NCBI GenBank assembly: GCA_963844035.1
Contig: CAWJMT010000017.1
Location: forward strand, 1-16,885
Source of the DNA: an uncultured Gemmatimonadales bacterium
GTDB taxonomy: Bacteria > Gemmatimonadota > Gemmatimonadetes > Gemmatimonadales > GWC2-71-9
Direction of reading: 5' to 3'
Length of the DNA: 16,885 nt
Below are positions 15,594 to 16,885 of this stretch, in pieces. Under the pieces are notes generated by a model that was not told where the DNA came from, made no database searches, and saw nothing but the letters and a program-made list of their open reading frames with translations. Position 1 is the first letter of the stretch; the number at the start of each line of letters is the position of its first letter. The translations under genes were made by a program, and so were the position numbers.

Positions 15594-16844
15594 ATGAGAA
15601 ACCACATCTGGATGGCTGCCGGCCTGCTGGCCGGCCTGGTGCTGGGCCTCGTCGCCGCGGCCACGCAGAACCACGTGCTGCTCGCGCTCGCCGCCGCGCT
15701 GCGGCCGGTCGGGACGCTGTTCCTCAACCTGCTCTCCATGGTCGTGATGCCGCTCGTCGCCAGCGCCGTGTTCGTGGGCGTGGCCGGTCTCGGGAATCTC
15801 AGGCGGCTGGGGCGGCTCGGCCTGCGTACGCTGGGGTTCTTCTGGGGCACGACGTTGGCGGCGATCGTCATCGGATTCGCAGTGGGGGCGATCATCCTGC
15901 CGCTCGGTGCCGTTGCGCCGGAACAACAGGCCGCGCTGCGGGAGCGAGCGGTGGCCGAGTCAAGCTTTGTGCGCCGCGCCGTCGAGCAGATCCCCTCGGG
16001 AAGTCGCTTTCTGGTCGAGCTCGTGCCGGCCAATCCGCTGCGCGCCGCGGTCGACGGCAATCTGCTGCCCGTGGTCGTGTTCGTCACGATCCTCGCGATC
16101 GCGGCGACGGCGCTGCCCGACGAGAAGCGCGTCGTCCTCACCGATCTCGCGGACGGCACCATGCATGCGTTGATCAGGATCGTGCACTGGGTGCTGCTGC
16201 TCGCCCCGATCGGCATCTGCGCACTGGTGGCACCGATGGTCGCTCAGTTCGGCTGGACCATGGTGAAGGCGATGGGGGTATATGTGCTCGCGGTCATCGT
16301 GGGCGTCACGCTGTTCATCGGAGCTGTACTGCTGCCGGCGGTGGTGCTCGTGGCGCGGATCAAGTTGTCGCGGTTTCTGGGTGTCAGTCTCAACTCCATG
16401 CTGATGGGATTCTCCACGACGTCCTCGCTCGCCACCTTGCCCACCATGCTCACCGCCGCCGAGGACGACTTCAAGGTCTCGCGCGGCGTCGCCGGACTCG
16501 TGTTGCCGCTCGGTGCGAGCGTCAACCGGCCGGGAGGCGCGCTGTTTCAGTCGGTGGCCGTTTTGTTTGTCGCGCAGCTGTACGGGATCCCGTTCGGGTT
16601 TTCAGAAACACTCCAGGCGGGCGCCGCGGTGTTCCTCACCTCGATGGCCGTCGCCAGCGTGCCGGCGGCGAGCGTGGTGAGTCTCGCGCCGGCGTTCGCG
16701 ACCACGGGCCTGCCGCTCTCCGGGATCGCGCTGCTCATCGGCCTCGACCGCATCCCCGACATGTTCCGCACGATGACCAACGTCACCGGCCACCTCACGA
16801 CGGCGGTGGTGATTGCGACCAGCGAAGGGGAGAAGCTCGAGTGA
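15594..16844 (+). CDS. Dicarboxylate/amino acid:cation symporter (DAACS/SLC1, GltP-like)
   Basis: GTLFLNLLSMVVMPLV, LVPANP, APIGI, FSTTSSLATLP, VLPLGASVN and GLDRIPDMFRTMTNVTG. Confidence 0.93.
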   Translation: MRNHIWMAAGLLAGLVLGLVAAATQNHVLLALAAALRPVGTLFLNLLSMVVMPLVASAVFVGVAGLGNLRRLGRLGLRTLGFFWGTTLAAIVIGFAVGAIILPLGAVAPEQQAALRERAVAESSFVRRAVEQIPSGSRFLVELVPANPLRAAVDGNLLPVVVFVTILAIAATALPDEKRVVLTDLADGTMHALIRIVHWVLLLAPIGICALVAPMVAQFGWTMVKAMGVYVLAVIVGVTLFIGAVLLPAVVLVARIKLSRFLGVSLNSMLMGFSTTSSLATLPTMLTAAEDDFKVSRGVAGLVLPLGASVNRPGGALFQSVAVLFVAQLYGIPFGFSETLQAGAAVFLTSMAVASVPAASVVSLAPAFATTGLPLSGIALLIGLDRIPDMFRTMTNVTGHLTTAVVIATSEGEKLE

Positions 16845-16885
16845 CGTGGTTGATCCCGGCGGTGTACCTGCTGTTTCTATTTTTG
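16841..16885 (+). CDS. Start of a probable membrane protein (truncated by window)
   Basis: GTG overlaps the DAACS stop (GTGA). The frame is open to the window end: MTWLIPAVYLLFLFL, all hydrophobic. Confidence 0.5.
   Translation, partial: MTWLIPAVYLLFLFL

Overview
GC-rich bacterial chromosomal window. Gene content and style suggest Gemmatimonadota, but that is inference only. It holds about 21 mostly housekeeping CDSs: the 3' part of mutY, a DUF2203 protein and a small membrane protein, nadE-thioesterase-patatin, crcB-DUF190, an exported DUF4384 protein with a Gly/Tyr/Arg-rich tail, a DUF442-like phosphatase/sulfurtransferase, a SnoaL-like protein, a four-gene run (exported Cys/His protein, beta-propeller-TlpA fusion, nucleoside hydrolase, 3-hydroxyacyl-CoA-dehydrogenase-like), mntR-mntH-usp with a clear sigma70 promoter and overlapping DtxR-type operator, a Nudix CoA pyrophosphatase, a shrunken alpha/beta hydrolase and a DAACS transporter. 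I saw no RNA genes, CRISPR array or transposase. Four genes carry small frameshifts that are probably sequencing errors. The most unusual signal is a dense set of tiny degenerate tandem repeats (7-, 8- and 15-bp units) and one palindrome. They occur in intergenic gaps and in frame within protein loops, several are paired as inverted arrays, and three times they end exactly in a TAnnnT -10-like hexamer just ahead of a start codon. Several proteins also have non-canonical catalytic motifs: patatin EGG, DAACS NRPG, nucleoside hydrolase ND and hydrolase GHGTG.
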